A stretch of DNA of 64,000 nt from Rubripirellula sp. (GCA_965216875.1 OZ244207.1:5952001-6016000); one strand, 5' to 3'. Numbered from the stretch's first letter, positions 9,944 through 19,933 are shown. Translations and numbers: made by a program. Notes: generated by a model from the sequence alone, not told the origin.

Positions 9944-10063
9944 CCCGTTCCCTTCAGAATTGTGCCTGCCGAAAACCGCTCGAGAACGACGCAAGTCTTT
10001 CTCGGGCATCGGCAGCATGATCCTCATCCATCTATAGCGGACCCGATACAGATCGCCGAGCCC

Positions 10064-13000
10064 TCAAATGTCGAGGCGTTGCAATCGACCCTCAATCGCT
10101 GTCTCGACGAGTGGTGCAACGTCAAGCGTCGTTTGCACGAGTAGCAACTGCTTCGCAGCCTTGGCAGGTTTGTTGGACCCCTTCAACGACTCAAGATACG
10201 TGCGAGTCAGCTGGCTTTCGATCGCGCAGCCAAGTTCCACCGCAGTTTCGTGCATCCACTCGATGACATCGCCCAGACCACGCGGCGTCTTTTTCTCCTT
10301 ACCAAAAGCAACCGGTAGAGCGTTCTCCCAGCCTTTCAGTGCCACGTAAGCACACAGCGGTGATGCGGTCGCAATTTCTTGAAAACGTTTGGCTAGACGC
10401 GACAAGCTCATGCTTTTCTGGCCAGTGTGCTCGGCGAGTACGCGTCCGAGGTTGTCAGAACCGATTCGACCGTCCTCGATCGCGCGCACCGCAATATCGA
10501 CAGCAAGTCCATGCTCACCCGGTTCCTTTGCGGCCAACCCGCACAAGAGCATGAACATGCCCATGTCACCGGGAGGCGTTTTGTCATCCAACAGTGGCTC
10601 AAGAAACGTTCGGTTGTGCCACGCCGCTTCCCACCAATCGAGGTTCTCGTGCAAGTTCTGCGCGCCCGTGGCGAAAAAGTTGTCTCGAGAGAGCGGCCAA
10701 ATACTGGCCACCCACGCAATCGATCCTCGCGTCGTGCCGAGATCCCAAAAACTGACCGACGTGTTTTTCCAGCGATCGGTTTGCATCAGTTGCGTCAACA
10801 ACGTGGTGCGTGCATCGCGCGTCCGATCCGAAGTCTCGATAACGGCATCGTGAATTGTCCGGCCACCGCAGCCGCGGGAACGGTACCGCACTTGAAATTC
10901 AGCACGCTTTCCTGCTCCCTGACCTAGCTTGGGAAACGCTTTAGCAACGCGATCATCGTCCGACATCGGTGATGCCGCCCGGGCCGCCGCACTCCAAAGC
11001 GGTGCCGATTTGCCAATGCGCGGGACTTTGCCACCAAGTGCGTAGCGAATTGCGTTGACCCATTCGCCTTTATGATTGCTGCCGAGCAACTGTATCGCCT
11101 CATCACGACGCTCTGGCGCCAACCGCAACAGCGCGATCACCAGGTCGGGTTCACTCGGAGGTCTTGTCGCGTCGTTGACACGCTTGACCAATTCAACCGG
11201 ATCGATCCACCCGCCCCGGTGCGTTGGCGCACTTAGCAGTACGGCCGTTTTGCCCAAGTGCGTGGTCGCCTCGATCGAGCGAAGCGATAGGTAGGCGAGC
11301 GGAGACGCGTCAATGCGCCATGATTTCATCGGTTCACCCAAGCCAAGAATCTCACTCGACTCATGACCATGCTTGTCTTTGTAGCGCCTCAGGGTCACTG
11401 GGCCACCGTGATCCCATGCCGCCAACAAACCCGCGACGTCGCCTCGAATCGACTCGCCAACAAAGGGTCGCAGCCCACGTTTAAAGAGTGCCCAAACTCG
11501 TTTAGTCAACGGCGCCATCATCTTCTCGAGATCATCATGACTTTGCCCTGAAAGTCGCACGATGCCATCGATGGCTCGTTCCCCGTCATCGATCAGCTCA
11601 TCATCTTCCAGAACACGACCACAAACCTGTAGCAGTTCCTCTAGATCGGTCATGGGCTCGAGCCGCTCTGATTCCTTCAGTCGTGGCAACTGCGTTTCAT
11701 CAAAGATCGTCGCGGGAATCGCTGGCAGGCTGTCATCCCCGGACGCCGCTGCATCCTGTAAAGCGGGAATGGAAAGCAGCGTCAAGATTGCCGGATCGTG
11801 CTTTGCCAACCGTTTATTGCTCGTGGCCTTCGTCCGGTTGCGTGTCGCGGCGGATGATTTTGGTTTCGTTTCGCTCGCCTTCGCATCGGCCGGATTACAC
11901 CATGCTGACACCTCTTTGCGGATTGATGCACCGACGATGCTCTCGTACGTTCTAACGGTATCGACGAGAGCTTCGTCATCTTGCGATCCATGCTTGGCGA
12001 TGAACTTGAAAACACTTTTCTGGACATCCACCCGGCTGTGCCCTAGCCCATCCGCAACGAGCAAACAGATTGCCGAACTCGATTCTGGGGATTGTGAGAT
12101 AAGGGTGGTGTAAATCTTCAAACCTTTGCTCACCATCGTCTTTTGCTTTGCGACCATTGCTGGAGCAATCGCGTCGGCGAGCTGCATGGGATCCTTGACG
12201 ATTCCGTCATCAAGCATCTGCTCCGAGTGCTTGAATGCCCAGCTTGCGATGTTGGGAATGTCGCTCCCGATTAGCGTCAACATTGTCTCAACGTGAAGCT
12301 TTCGCTCTGATTTGGTTGGTTCAAGTGAATCGTAAAACTTCATGAACCAGGCAGAGCGAAAATGGTTGAAACCAAGTTCTAGCGCGCCAAGCGAAGAGGC
12401 CAGCAAACGTTTGCGAGAGAGCCGCTTGGATTCGGCGAGACTCAACAACGCAGCAGACCAACTACCCTCACCCCAGCGATCGACCGTCGCCAAGGTGTTC
12501 TCCCCGTCACCTTCATGCTCGAACAAACGCCACACTTCGTCTTTCAATAACGCCGGATCATTCTCGAGCGCTTCGAGCGTTGACGTGCCCGACGCGTCCC
12601 AGCGGTTGCCTTTTAGCCCCGAGATCATGCCTGTGTAGTACCGCGGGTTATCCGGCTTGCTGCACAGTTTGCGGCGCACCATTTCGCGTACCGTCGCCCA
12701 GTTTTGCCAATAGTGACTTCCCTTGAGAAGCAGCTCAACAAGTTCGTCGGTCCACTTTGGCTTCCGAGCCGCGACGGTCTCGACGATCGCCTCACTTCGC
12801 GGCAGCGCCCAACGCCCAGCCTTTTCGATCTCGCTGAGGGTTGCTGTTGCAAACAACGCCACGCCAGCTGGCCACAGCAAAGGATTCATTCGAAACGTGC
12901 CAGGCGGGTCCTGAATCAGAGAATTCGATTTTTGCTCTCGATACCATTTGGCGCAAAACGGCGCTAACTCACGGCGTTGTTTTTCCGTGAGCGGATCGAA

Positions 13001-13144
13001 AAACGCCAGCACCTCCGTTTGAGAGTCCTCCTGTTCCAACAGCGTTTGCAACTTGTCGACATCAGTCGACGCGCTCTTGGCGGCTTTCTTTCTCTTAGCT
13101 GGCCGCTTATTTGATTCTGTGGTCGCCTTCTTTTTCGCCATCAA
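10064..13144 (-). CDS. large alpha-helical DUF6493-like protein (partner of SWIM zinc-finger protein)
   Basis: 1026 aa, HEAT-like helical. Motifs VWRLFEHEG, W...L..L.....L.R.RLL...L.AL and LLSAPTH.GGWIDP..LV.R are recalled from the DUF6493 family. Overlaps the upstream stop (ATGA). Confidence 0.7.
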   Translation of the reverse strand: MMAKKKATTESNKRPAKRKKAAKSASTDVDKLQTLLEQEDSQTEVLAFFDPLTEKQRRELAPFCAKWYREQKSNSLIQDPPGTFRMNPLLWPAGVALFATATLSEIEKAGRWALPRSEAIVETVAARKPKWTDELVELLLKGSHYWQNWATVREMVRRKLCSKPDNPRYYTGMISGLKGNRWDASGTSTLEALENDPALLKDEVWRLFEHEGDGENTLATVDRWGEGSWSAALLSLAESKRLSRKRLLASSLGALELGFNHFRSAWFMKFYDSLEPTKSERKLHVETMLTLIGSDIPNIASWAFKHSEQMLDDGIVKDPMQLADAIAPAMVAKQKTMVSKGLKIYTTLISQSPESSSAICLLVADGLGHSRVDVQKSVFKFIAKHGSQDDEALVDTVRTYESIVGASIRKEVSAWCNPADAKASETKPKSSAATRNRTKATSNKRLAKHDPAILTLLSIPALQDAAASGDDSLPAIPATIFDETQLPRLKESERLEPMTDLEELLQVCGRVLEDDELIDDGERAIDGIVRLSGQSHDDLEKMMAPLTKRVWALFKRGLRPFVGESIRGDVAGLLAAWDHGGPVTLRRYKDKHGHESSEILGLGEPMKSWRIDASPLAYLSLRSIEATTHLGKTAVLLSAPTHRGGWIDPVELVKRVNDATRPPSEPDLVIALLRLAPERRDEAIQLLGSNHKGEWVNAIRYALGGKVPRIGKSAPLWSAAARAASPMSDDDRVAKAFPKLGQGAGKRAEFQVRYRSRGCGGRTIHDAVIETSDRTRDARTTLLTQLMQTDRWKNTSVSFWDLGTTRGSIAWVASIWPLSRDNFFATGAQNLHENLDWWEAAWHNRTFLEPLLDDKTPPGDMGMFMLLCGLAAKEPGEHGLAVDIAVRAIEDGRIGSDNLGRVLAEHTGQKSMSLSRLAKRFQEIATASPLCAYVALKGWENALPVAFGKEKKTPRGLGDVIEWMHETAVELGCAIESQLTRTYLESLKGSNKPAKAAKQLLLVQTTLDVAPLVETAIEGRLQRLDI

Positions 13145-14520
13145 CCTTCGCCCGACTCTTCCAGATAGATTTGCACGGCCAGAATGTGTTTACAGGGTCC
13201 GCGAGATTGGCCGTGGCGGTGGTACCACGGACAGCTGCACCGGACATCGTCCTCTTGGTCTGCCTTGACAACGACGCGATGCTTCACGTCCGGTCGATCA
13301 ATTTCGAAAACGGCATCACCGCTCGCATTGTTGTCAACTTGAGACACGCGGTGCTCGGCTACCAATTTGCGCGCATCGATTAGGCGGGGCTGTAACTTTT
13401 CAACATCGGAAACATTGAACGGCAACTCGCGATGAAAGTAAGATTGTTGAAAAAGATCGAATCCTACGAGACCTTGCGTCGCCAACACACTCAACGCGAC
13501 ATCCGCCTTTGACTTAGAGACCTTTGCCGACTTCGCGATCGCTTCGGCGGTAATCACCGCTTGCCATTTCAAAGCCGCGCGTACTTGTGCCAATCCGTCA
13601 CGATCCGCGGCGGCGAGTTCGGAAAGGACCTGACCCTCGCCCGAAAAGCCTCGCCAAACCTCCGGACTGATGACAACCGTGAATCGAGCACCAGGAAGCT
13701 CCAACACCCACCCCGATGCTCCCGTAACTTGATCCGAATAGACACCGAGCGTCTTCGCTTCGCGGACGAGAGGTTCAAGTACGGCGAGACGTTCGAGTCC
13801 ACCGACACGAACGCATTGCGGCGTCGACAGTTGAGACAAACGCAAGCCCGCACCCGATGCAACCACATAGGTCTCCCGTCGATGCGTCTTCACCCTTGGC
13901 AATGATCGCAGAAACCGAAACGCGTGAACTCCGGCGACCTCATGGACCTTTTCCATTCGATGTTGAACCGCCTGGACTTCGATCAATCCTCGCAACCAAC
14001 GAACGGGCAGCTTGACTTTCTTCTCAACCACCGCGCCCGCCTGACGCTGTAGACACACCTCGTCACTTCCCACCGCGATCGAAACGTTTTCGGTGGGCTT
14101 CAGTCGAGCGAGTGCCGCGAGCATTGGTTGATTGAAGTCGACGTTAGTGGTCCCTCGACCGCTGACATCTCCGTCAAAGGAATCACTTTCGAAATCGGCT
14201 CGTGAATAGGCTCCGCAGCACGCGGAAAACCCTTCGAAGCGAAGAACGTCATCATTGCAAGTGACAACAGGATCGGCTTCCGCCAAGATCCGATTCAGCA
14301 TGGCGGCTGGCACGTGAAATCGAGACTTCACCACCCTCATCACTGCGGTCAGCAACTTCGCAGCACGCACCGGCGAAGCCAAACGTGCCTCAAAAAAATA
14401 GGGCGAATGTTGTTCGGCGTCCGCTACCGTGGCCAATCGCAAGACTTGCTTCGATCCATCTCGATCAAGCTGCGATGGATGCGCGTAGCGCATGACCTGT
14501 TCGGCACCTCCTAATGACAT
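13141..14520 (-). CDS. SWIM zinc finger family protein
   Basis: C-terminal CSCPWYHRHGQSRGPCKHILA (CxC-xn-CxH). Family motifs DPVVT, LRFEGFSACCGAY, GTTNVDFN, KVKLPVRWLRG, RGFSGEG and YFHRELPF. Confidence 0.85.
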   Translation of the reverse strand: MSLGGAEQVMRYAHPSQLDRDGSKQVLRLATVADAEQHSPYFFEARLASPVRAAKLLTAVMRVVKSRFHVPAAMLNRILAEADPVVTCNDDVLRFEGFSACCGAYSRADFESDSFDGDVSGRGTTNVDFNQPMLAALARLKPTENVSIAVGSDEVCLQRQAGAVVEKKVKLPVRWLRGLIEVQAVQHRMEKVHEVAGVHAFRFLRSLPRVKTHRRETYVVASGAGLRLSQLSTPQCVRVGGLERLAVLEPLVREAKTLGVYSDQVTGASGWVLELPGARFTVVISPEVWRGFSGEGQVLSELAAADRDGLAQVRAALKWQAVITAEAIAKSAKVSKSKADVALSVLATQGLVGFDLFQQSYFHRELPFNVSDVEKLQPRLIDARKLVAEHRVSQVDNNASGDAVFEIDRPDVKHRVVVKADQEDDVRCSCPWYHRHGQSRGPCKHILAVQIYLEESGEG

Positions 14521-14539
14521 ACCGGACCATTGTAACGGC

Positions 14540-14807
14540 TGTAGGCCGGATCAAAGAGCGACAGCGATGCAGATCCGGCAGACACAAGGTTTGCTTTCCC
14601 AGAACAGGGCCCGCCCGCTGACGCGATCGCCGCTCAGAGCTCCCACCGTCTGGCGACGGTAGCTACGTTGCAACCTTTGTAGGCCGGATCAAAGAGCGAC
14701 AGCGATGCAGATCCGGCAGACACAAGGTTTGCTTTCCCAGAACAGGGCCCGCCCGTTGACGCGATCGCCGCTCAGAGCTCCCACCGTCTGGCGACACTAG
14801 CTACGTT
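14540..14807. repeat. tandem duplication (138-bp period) of a mosaic REP/BIME-like unit
   Basis: Two near-identical copies starting at 14541 and 14679. Each is GTAG-GCCGGATC...GATCCGGC (family A), then an inverted family-C piece, then an inverted GTAGCTAC..CGCCAG..GTGG (family B). Three mismatches seen between copies. Confidence 0.9.
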
Positions 14808-14818
14808 TCACGCTCGGC

Positions 14819-15640
14819 CTACAGGTGGTAAAGGCTCTCGAGAAGTTCGCTTGCTGTTGAAGCGACGTGAGCGTTCGCTTTGAACATCGTCTCATACCGT
14901 GTCAGGTCAACGAACTCCTGAGCGAGGTCGGTATTCGATGCCTCTCTCGCACCTGCGATGATTCTTGCAGAGTCACCATGAACATCGATTGGCAAACCGC
15001 TGCTAGGGCTCATCGCAAACGTGTTGTTCTCTCGCCGCTCAAGTCCATGCGGATTCGTGAACCGTGCCAATTGCACGCGTCCCAAATCTCGCAGCACGCC
15101 ATCGCCAAAATGGCCGCGAATCACACCATCGTCGCCCACTTCAAATCGCGCGAGGTCCGAGTGTGTCCCCAGCCGATTCGCAGGTAGCTGAATCGGCTCG
15201 AGTTGATGTTCCTGAATCACAAAGTCTTGATTGACGTTCTGACCTAGGACGCGTTGGCCATGCGCGGTCAACAGCTCGCCATTGCCGCCAACATGAAACT
15301 GTCCGTTCCGTGTGTACAGTCGCTCGCCACCCGATCCCTCCAGCACAAAGAGTCCGTTCCCCTCGATCGCTAAATCGAGAGAGCGATCGCTGAGCAAGAT
15401 CGAGCCCTGCGTGTGGTCGGTTTCGATCGTTGCCGCCTGCACTCCTAGGCCGACCTGGGCGGTGTTTCCACCGTTTGAATTGCCGAGCGAGGCGGCTCGC
15501 GGCCGTTGATCCGAAAGGACAACACGTGTCGCTTTATAGCCGACCGTTTGCGAATTGGCGACGTTGTTGGAGGCGTTGCGCACCGCAAGTGCCGCATTGG
15601 ACATTCCGCTCAGCGATGTACTTAATACCGACCCCAGCAT
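14819..15640 (-). CDS. flagellar hook/basal-body rod protein (short FlgE/FlgG-like), orphan
   Basis: SLSGM...NNVANSQTVGYK N-terminal motif, DLAIEGNGLF, YTRNGQF, F.NP.GL and EASNTDLAQEFVDL C-terminal motif. Start taken at ATG 15640 (273 aa). Confidence 0.85.
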   Translation of the reverse strand: MLGSVLSTSLSGMSNAALAVRNASNNVANSQTVGYKATRVVLSDQRPRAASLGNSNGGNTAQVGLGVQAATIETDHTQGSILLSDRSLDLAIEGNGLFVLEGSGGERLYTRNGQFHVGGNGELLTAHGQRVLGQNVNQDFVIQEHQLEPIQLPANRLGTHSDLARFEVGDDGVIRGHFGDGVLRDLGRVQLARFTNPHGLERRENNTFAMSPSSGLPIDVHGDSARIIAGAREASNTDLAQEFVDLTRYETMFKANAHVASTASELLESLYHL

Positions 15641-15822
15641 GAATGCCCCAAAATCTGAACAGACACAATCCAACCGCATGACCCCAATTGAAACCCTAGG
15701 TCACAAATCGCCTTCGTGCTGCGAAAAAACAAAATCCGAAGCCCTTTTGGTCGCTTCATCGAACGCGACTACAATCACGTGCTCCCCAACTTCCTCCCGC
15801 CCCGTCAGATTCTTCGATAGCC

Positions 15823-17106
15823 ATGCTCGGCAAACATCACTCCATCGCGTTTGTTCTAGCCCTCGCGATCAACAGCTCGGTTTGGGCGGATTCGTGGACG
15901 ATCCCCACCGCCGGCAACGCCTTTGCGACCAATCCAGCCCATAGCCGAGGCGTCGGGCGCGGCGGCATCACCTTGAGCGGCGCGGATGAATCCTACTCGG
16001 TCTACTTCCATGTCGATCGGCCGGCGAGCATCGACCTGTCGTTGGGTGTTGATGCGAGACAAGAGACCACGATCGAAGTAAGACATGGCGAACGAGTTTT
16101 CGAGGCCACTGCTTCGCCAACGGAAAAAGAGTCACACGTTGGAACTCTCAAGATCGCTGAAGCGGGCTATGTCCGAGTCGACTTTCGCTGTTTGTCGCCA
16201 AAGCACGACTCAGGCCGTGTAGCCAGTATCGATGAACTCAAACTTGCATCGGCAGACGAAGATTTGAAGGTCGACTTCGTCCGCTCCAATGACGGAAACA
16301 TGTTTTACTGGGGACGGCGTGGACCATCAGTGCACCTTCGATACACCGTACCACGTCAACCGCTTCGATATGCCTACAGCGAGATCACGGTACCGCAGGG
16401 GCAAGATCCGATTGGCACGTTCTACATGGCCAACGGCTTTGGTGAGGGCTACTTTGGCTTTCAAGTGAACAGCCCGTCTGAGCGACGCGTTTTGTTTTCA
16501 GTGTGGAGTCCTTTCAAGACCGACAACCCCAACGACATCCCCAAAGACCAACGCATTAGCATGCTTGCTCGCGGCAACGGTGTCCACGTCGGCAAGTTTG
16601 GCAATGAAGGGTCGGGCGGCCAAAGCTATTTGATCTACCCTTGGAAAGCGGGCAGTACTTATCGCTTCCTCACCAAGGTCGAACCCGATGGCAACGGCAA
16701 CACGGTTTACACGTCATGGTTCGGGGACAAGGCGAAAGACGAGTGGCGTTTGATCGCCAGTTTTCGGCGCCCCAGGACCGATACGAACCTGCGTGGTTTC
16801 CATTCCTTCCTCGAGAGCTTTTCACCAGCCTACGGCCACATCGGTCGAAAAGCGCATTACGGCAACGTTTGGGTCTACACCGTCGATGGATCGTGGCACG
16901 AGTGCAATGAGTCCCGGTTTTCGGTCGACGGCACAGGCAATGGTCGGCACCGACTTGACTTTGATGGCGGCTCTGTAGGCGGCCATTTCTTCCTCCGCAA
17001 CTGCGGCTTCGTTGCCGGCGAGCAAAAACCAGGCGCAACCTTCACGCGCGAATCGACCGCGCCGGAGCAACCGCAAATCAACTTCGCCAAGCTACCGATG
17101 CAATAG
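15823..17106 (+). CDS. secreted DUF5077 + DUF3472 domain protein
   Basis: Signal peptide; WGRRGPSVHL, YMANGFGEGYFG.QVNSP.ERRVLFSVWSP, FGNEGSGGQS and HSFLE motifs of DUF3472. Confidence 0.8.
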   Translation: MLGKHHSIAFVLALAINSSVWADSWTIPTAGNAFATNPAHSRGVGRGGITLSGADESYSVYFHVDRPASIDLSLGVDARQETTIEVRHGERVFEATASPTEKESHVGTLKIAEAGYVRVDFRCLSPKHDSGRVASIDELKLASADEDLKVDFVRSNDGNMFYWGRRGPSVHLRYTVPRQPLRYAYSEITVPQGQDPIGTFYMANGFGEGYFGFQVNSPSERRVLFSVWSPFKTDNPNDIPKDQRISMLARGNGVHVGKFGNEGSGGQSYLIYPWKAGSTYRFLTKVEPDGNGNTVYTSWFGDKAKDEWRLIASFRRPRTDTNLRGFHSFLESFSPAYGHIGRKAHYGNVWVYTVDGSWHECNESRFSVDGTGNGRHRLDFDGGSVGGHFFLRNCGFVAGEQKPGATFTRESTAPEQPQINFAKLPMQ

Positions 17107-17152
17107 CACGCGTTCCTGCAAATCATACAAGTACAGTTCAGACGCTACCCGT

Positions 17153-17192
17153 GTAGGCCGGATCAAGGAGCGACAGCGACGCAGATCCGGCA
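17153..17192. repeat. REP family A copy (GTAG-GCCGGATC...GATCCGGC)
   Basis: gtaggccggatcaaggagcgacagcgacgcagatccggca is 38/40 identical to the copies at 14541 and 14679; lies between convergent genes. Confidence 0.85.
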
Positions 17193-17289
17193 TGAACGTC
17201 GACCACGTGTACCCGTTACCGTGGTGGATCTATAAGGCCCGGAATGCCCGCGGCTACGCGAGCCCCGCAACAGAACCAACGACGGGCTT

Positions 17290-18906
17290 TTACTTCACTT
17301 CGGTCAGAATTGCGATCGCCGCGCGGCCCGTGATGCCTTCGGGACGTTTCATCCATAGCCACGTGTCATCAGCAAAATGATGCTTTTGGTCGCCAATTGT
17401 TTTGCCGGTCAATGGATCGAACCAACGGATCTGCATGGTCTTACCGAGAATCTCCGGCAATCGTCCATTGATCCCTTTTCGATAGTCGGGCAAATAAAAC
17501 AGGAACGTGTCTGTTCCGTTGCCCAACATCGGCGGCGAGAAAGTTTGCTGGGATGGCTCGAGCGAATTGAAGTCGTACTTTGCAAAGAGATCCGTCAGGT
17601 GCTTGTAGTACGCGAAGTGAGGTTGCTGGTGCTCAGGCAAAGCAAACGGTTTCGTGATCACGTTGTACCACGATGTGTTTTGCCAATAGTAAGTCGAATA
17701 CGTGCCAGCAAAGATGCACTGGTAAGTTCGGTCTAAACAGGTTTCTGGATCGGTGTAGGCACCATCGAAGATACTGTAGGTCGTCTTCTCGTAACCGCCA
17801 TGTTCGATGTTAAAGACTGGCTTGTCGCCGTATTGCTCGCCGATTTGGGCCATCCGGTGGTACAGGAATGGTTGCCATTCCTGGATCGAAATGATGTCGA
17901 CTTTCCCCGGAAATGCGCTGCAGTACCTGAAGTCATGAACGGTTAGCAATCGATTGTGGCCGTCGAGGCGCCGGAGTCGATCAATGCGCCGCGAAATGTA
18001 ACCCATATCGTCGCGACCGTAGTCGAGTGCTTCTTTGGAAATATCCCAGATCAGGTTTGGAAACGCCTGATAGCGAGCCACGACGTAATCAAAGTACCGA
18101 TTGTCAGCCTCCGATTCTGGATCGGGCCAATTCACTTGCTTGTTCCATACGTAGATCATCAGGTGAGCAGCGATTTGCTGTTCATCCTGCAATCGAAACA
18201 TACGGTCGAGTCGCTGAAAGTAAGTCACATCCAGCGTTGAAAAGTCGGGATCCTCGTTTGTCCCACCAAACGGAAAGACATTCGGCTTGGCAAAGTTATC
18301 TTGAGGAAGGATCTTGTCTTTCTCTCCCCAGGTTGCGTCGTACGCAAAGACGTTCATCACGACTTGGTTGAAACCGTTGTTGGCGACCGATTTCACAAGT
18401 TCTCGCGAACGTGGAATATCGTTCCCATTCTCAGCGTCGAGCGCAAAGAGCCAATCAAGTTCGAACGCCATCAAAAAGTAAGGCGATCCATCGGCGTACT
18501 CGAAACGGCGAGAATTCGACTCTGAAACCCTGATCGGCCCGCGTTGCCACGATCGCGTGTTCTCGACCACTTTGACCGTCCCCGTCTTGCTGGCAAGCTG
18601 CGGCATCGTGGAGTACGTCGTGTAGTACCAATCTCCGAGTTCCTTAGGGCAAAACCTGACCACCCATCGATCGTCCCCATCGTAGTAACCAGGAACCCGC
18701 AATCGATCACCTTCGGCATGACGAAACACAGCTCCAAACTCGACGGCGAATGGGTCCTCGTCGTCATCTTGTCCCAGAAAACTAAGTTCCACGACCTCCC
18801 AGCGCTCAGCGTCGGTGACGACTTTCGGTTGCTGAGCCTTTACCACTGAACAGTACGAATAGGTCGTGCAGCAAAGCAACAACGCCAGAACCAAACGTAG
18901 AATCAT
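17290..18906 (-). CDS. DUF5060 + DUF4038 putative glycoside hydrolase (TIM-barrel) with C-terminal beta domain
   Basis: Signal peptide; ERWEVVEL, VPGYYDG..W.VRF.P...G.W.Y (DUF5060); F.YADG.PYF, YF.RLD, YVVARY.AFPN.IW....E and NIEHGGYE (DUF4038-like); WFDP.TG C-terminal motif. Confidence 0.75.
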   Translation of the reverse strand: MILRLVLALLLCCTTYSYCSVVKAQQPKVVTDAERWEVVELSFLGQDDDEDPFAVEFGAVFRHAEGDRLRVPGYYDGDDRWVVRFCPKELGDWYYTTYSTMPQLASKTGTVKVVENTRSWQRGPIRVSESNSRRFEYADGSPYFLMAFELDWLFALDAENGNDIPRSRELVKSVANNGFNQVVMNVFAYDATWGEKDKILPQDNFAKPNVFPFGGTNEDPDFSTLDVTYFQRLDRMFRLQDEQQIAAHLMIYVWNKQVNWPDPESEADNRYFDYVVARYQAFPNLIWDISKEALDYGRDDMGYISRRIDRLRRLDGHNRLLTVHDFRYCSAFPGKVDIISIQEWQPFLYHRMAQIGEQYGDKPVFNIEHGGYEKTTYSIFDGAYTDPETCLDRTYQCIFAGTYSTYYWQNTSWYNVITKPFALPEHQQPHFAYYKHLTDLFAKYDFNSLEPSQQTFSPPMLGNGTDTFLFYLPDYRKGINGRLPEILGKTMQIRWFDPLTGKTIGDQKHHFADDTWLWMKRPEGITGRAAIAILTEVK

Positions 18907-19047
18907 CGGAGTTTCAATCTTTGTAGAGTAGACAGATCAATGAAGTTGCAACCTCTCACAGCTCAGCAGGACCGTCAGATCCATGTCAACGGCGCCTAGT
19001 ACTTTGCTTGGGCACCGTGAAAAAGCAAGCACGTACTGGTAAGCGGG

Positions 19048-19809
19048 CTAAGGGAGGTGATCGATCAGCTCGCAGCGTTGGAGTCTCATGCGGAGTCGTC
19101 GCATCCCCTCGGCGCTAATCTTGGTATCAACGACATGTAGCTTGCGAAGCGACTTCAACTTGGCAAGATCATCGATTGCCTCATCGGAGATCGAAGTATG
19201 ATCGAGCCAAAGTTCTCGCAGACGATTCAGCGAGGCGAGAGATTTCAGCCCATCGTCAGTGACTTTCGTTTCGCCGAGATGCAACCCGGTCAACCGCGTG
19301 AGTTTGCTAATCTGCTTCATGCCGGCATCGGTCACATGGTTTCCGCGCAGGCCCAGGTAAACCAATTGCTTCATCTTGCCGACATGCACAAGCCCGTCAT
19401 CGGTGACCTTGGTCCCGCCAATCGGCAAGTGTTCGAGGGCTTCGAGGCCGCTGATCACACGAAGGCTCTCATCGCCAACACGCGTGCGATAGAGATTGAG
19501 CCACTCGAGCTTCTGCAATTTGTCGAGATGCACGATGCCTTTGTCAGTTATCGCCGTCTGCTCAAGTGACAGATCCGTCATGTTCACAAAACCGGCGACC
19601 AGCATCAGGTCTTTGTCGACCAATCTCGTCCCATTTGCACTGACCTCAACCACGTCATTGTTCTTTGAAAAAACAACGGCTCCGAGATCGCGCAGCTTTG
19701 CGATGCAATCCGCATGATCTTGGTCGGCGACGGCAGCAACAGCCCATGGCGACAATAAACAGAAAACAACATTTAGACCAATAAGTTTCATTACCAGACC
19801 CAGCACCAT
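19048..19809 (-). CDS. secreted 24-residue leucine-rich repeat protein (planctomycete type)
   Basis: Repeated LxxLxLxxTxVTDxGLxHL units; N-terminal signal-like segment; exact start uncertain. Confidence 0.85.
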   Translation of the reverse strand: MVLGLVMKLIGLNVVFCLLSPWAVAAVADQDHADCIAKLRDLGAVVFSKNNDVVEVSANGTRLVDKDLMLVAGFVNMTDLSLEQTAITDKGIVHLDKLQKLEWLNLYRTRVGDESLRVISGLEALEHLPIGGTKVTDDGLVHVGKMKQLVYLGLRGNHVTDAGMKQISKLTRLTGLHLGETKVTDDGLKSLASLNRLRELWLDHTSISDEAIDDLAKLKSLRKLHVVDTKISAEGMRRLRMRLQRCELIDHLP

Positions 19810-19933
19810 CGGTACCTACAACATCCACAAACCAGCACAGTCTAGCAGCCTGAAAAACCTGGTTAGGAACTGCAAGCCGTCGCTTCCATCGTATCGACGC
19901 TACCCATGCGGGCAGACATCAAGGGCGGCGTCC

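Noticed and set aside
14540..14807. Possible CRISPR array
   Set aside because: Only two 138-bp near-identical units, no unique spacers and no cas genes.
15641..15822. sigma28 or sigma54 promoter for the flagellar gene
   Set aside because: No convincing TAAA-N15-GCCGATAA or GG-N10-GC match found by eye.
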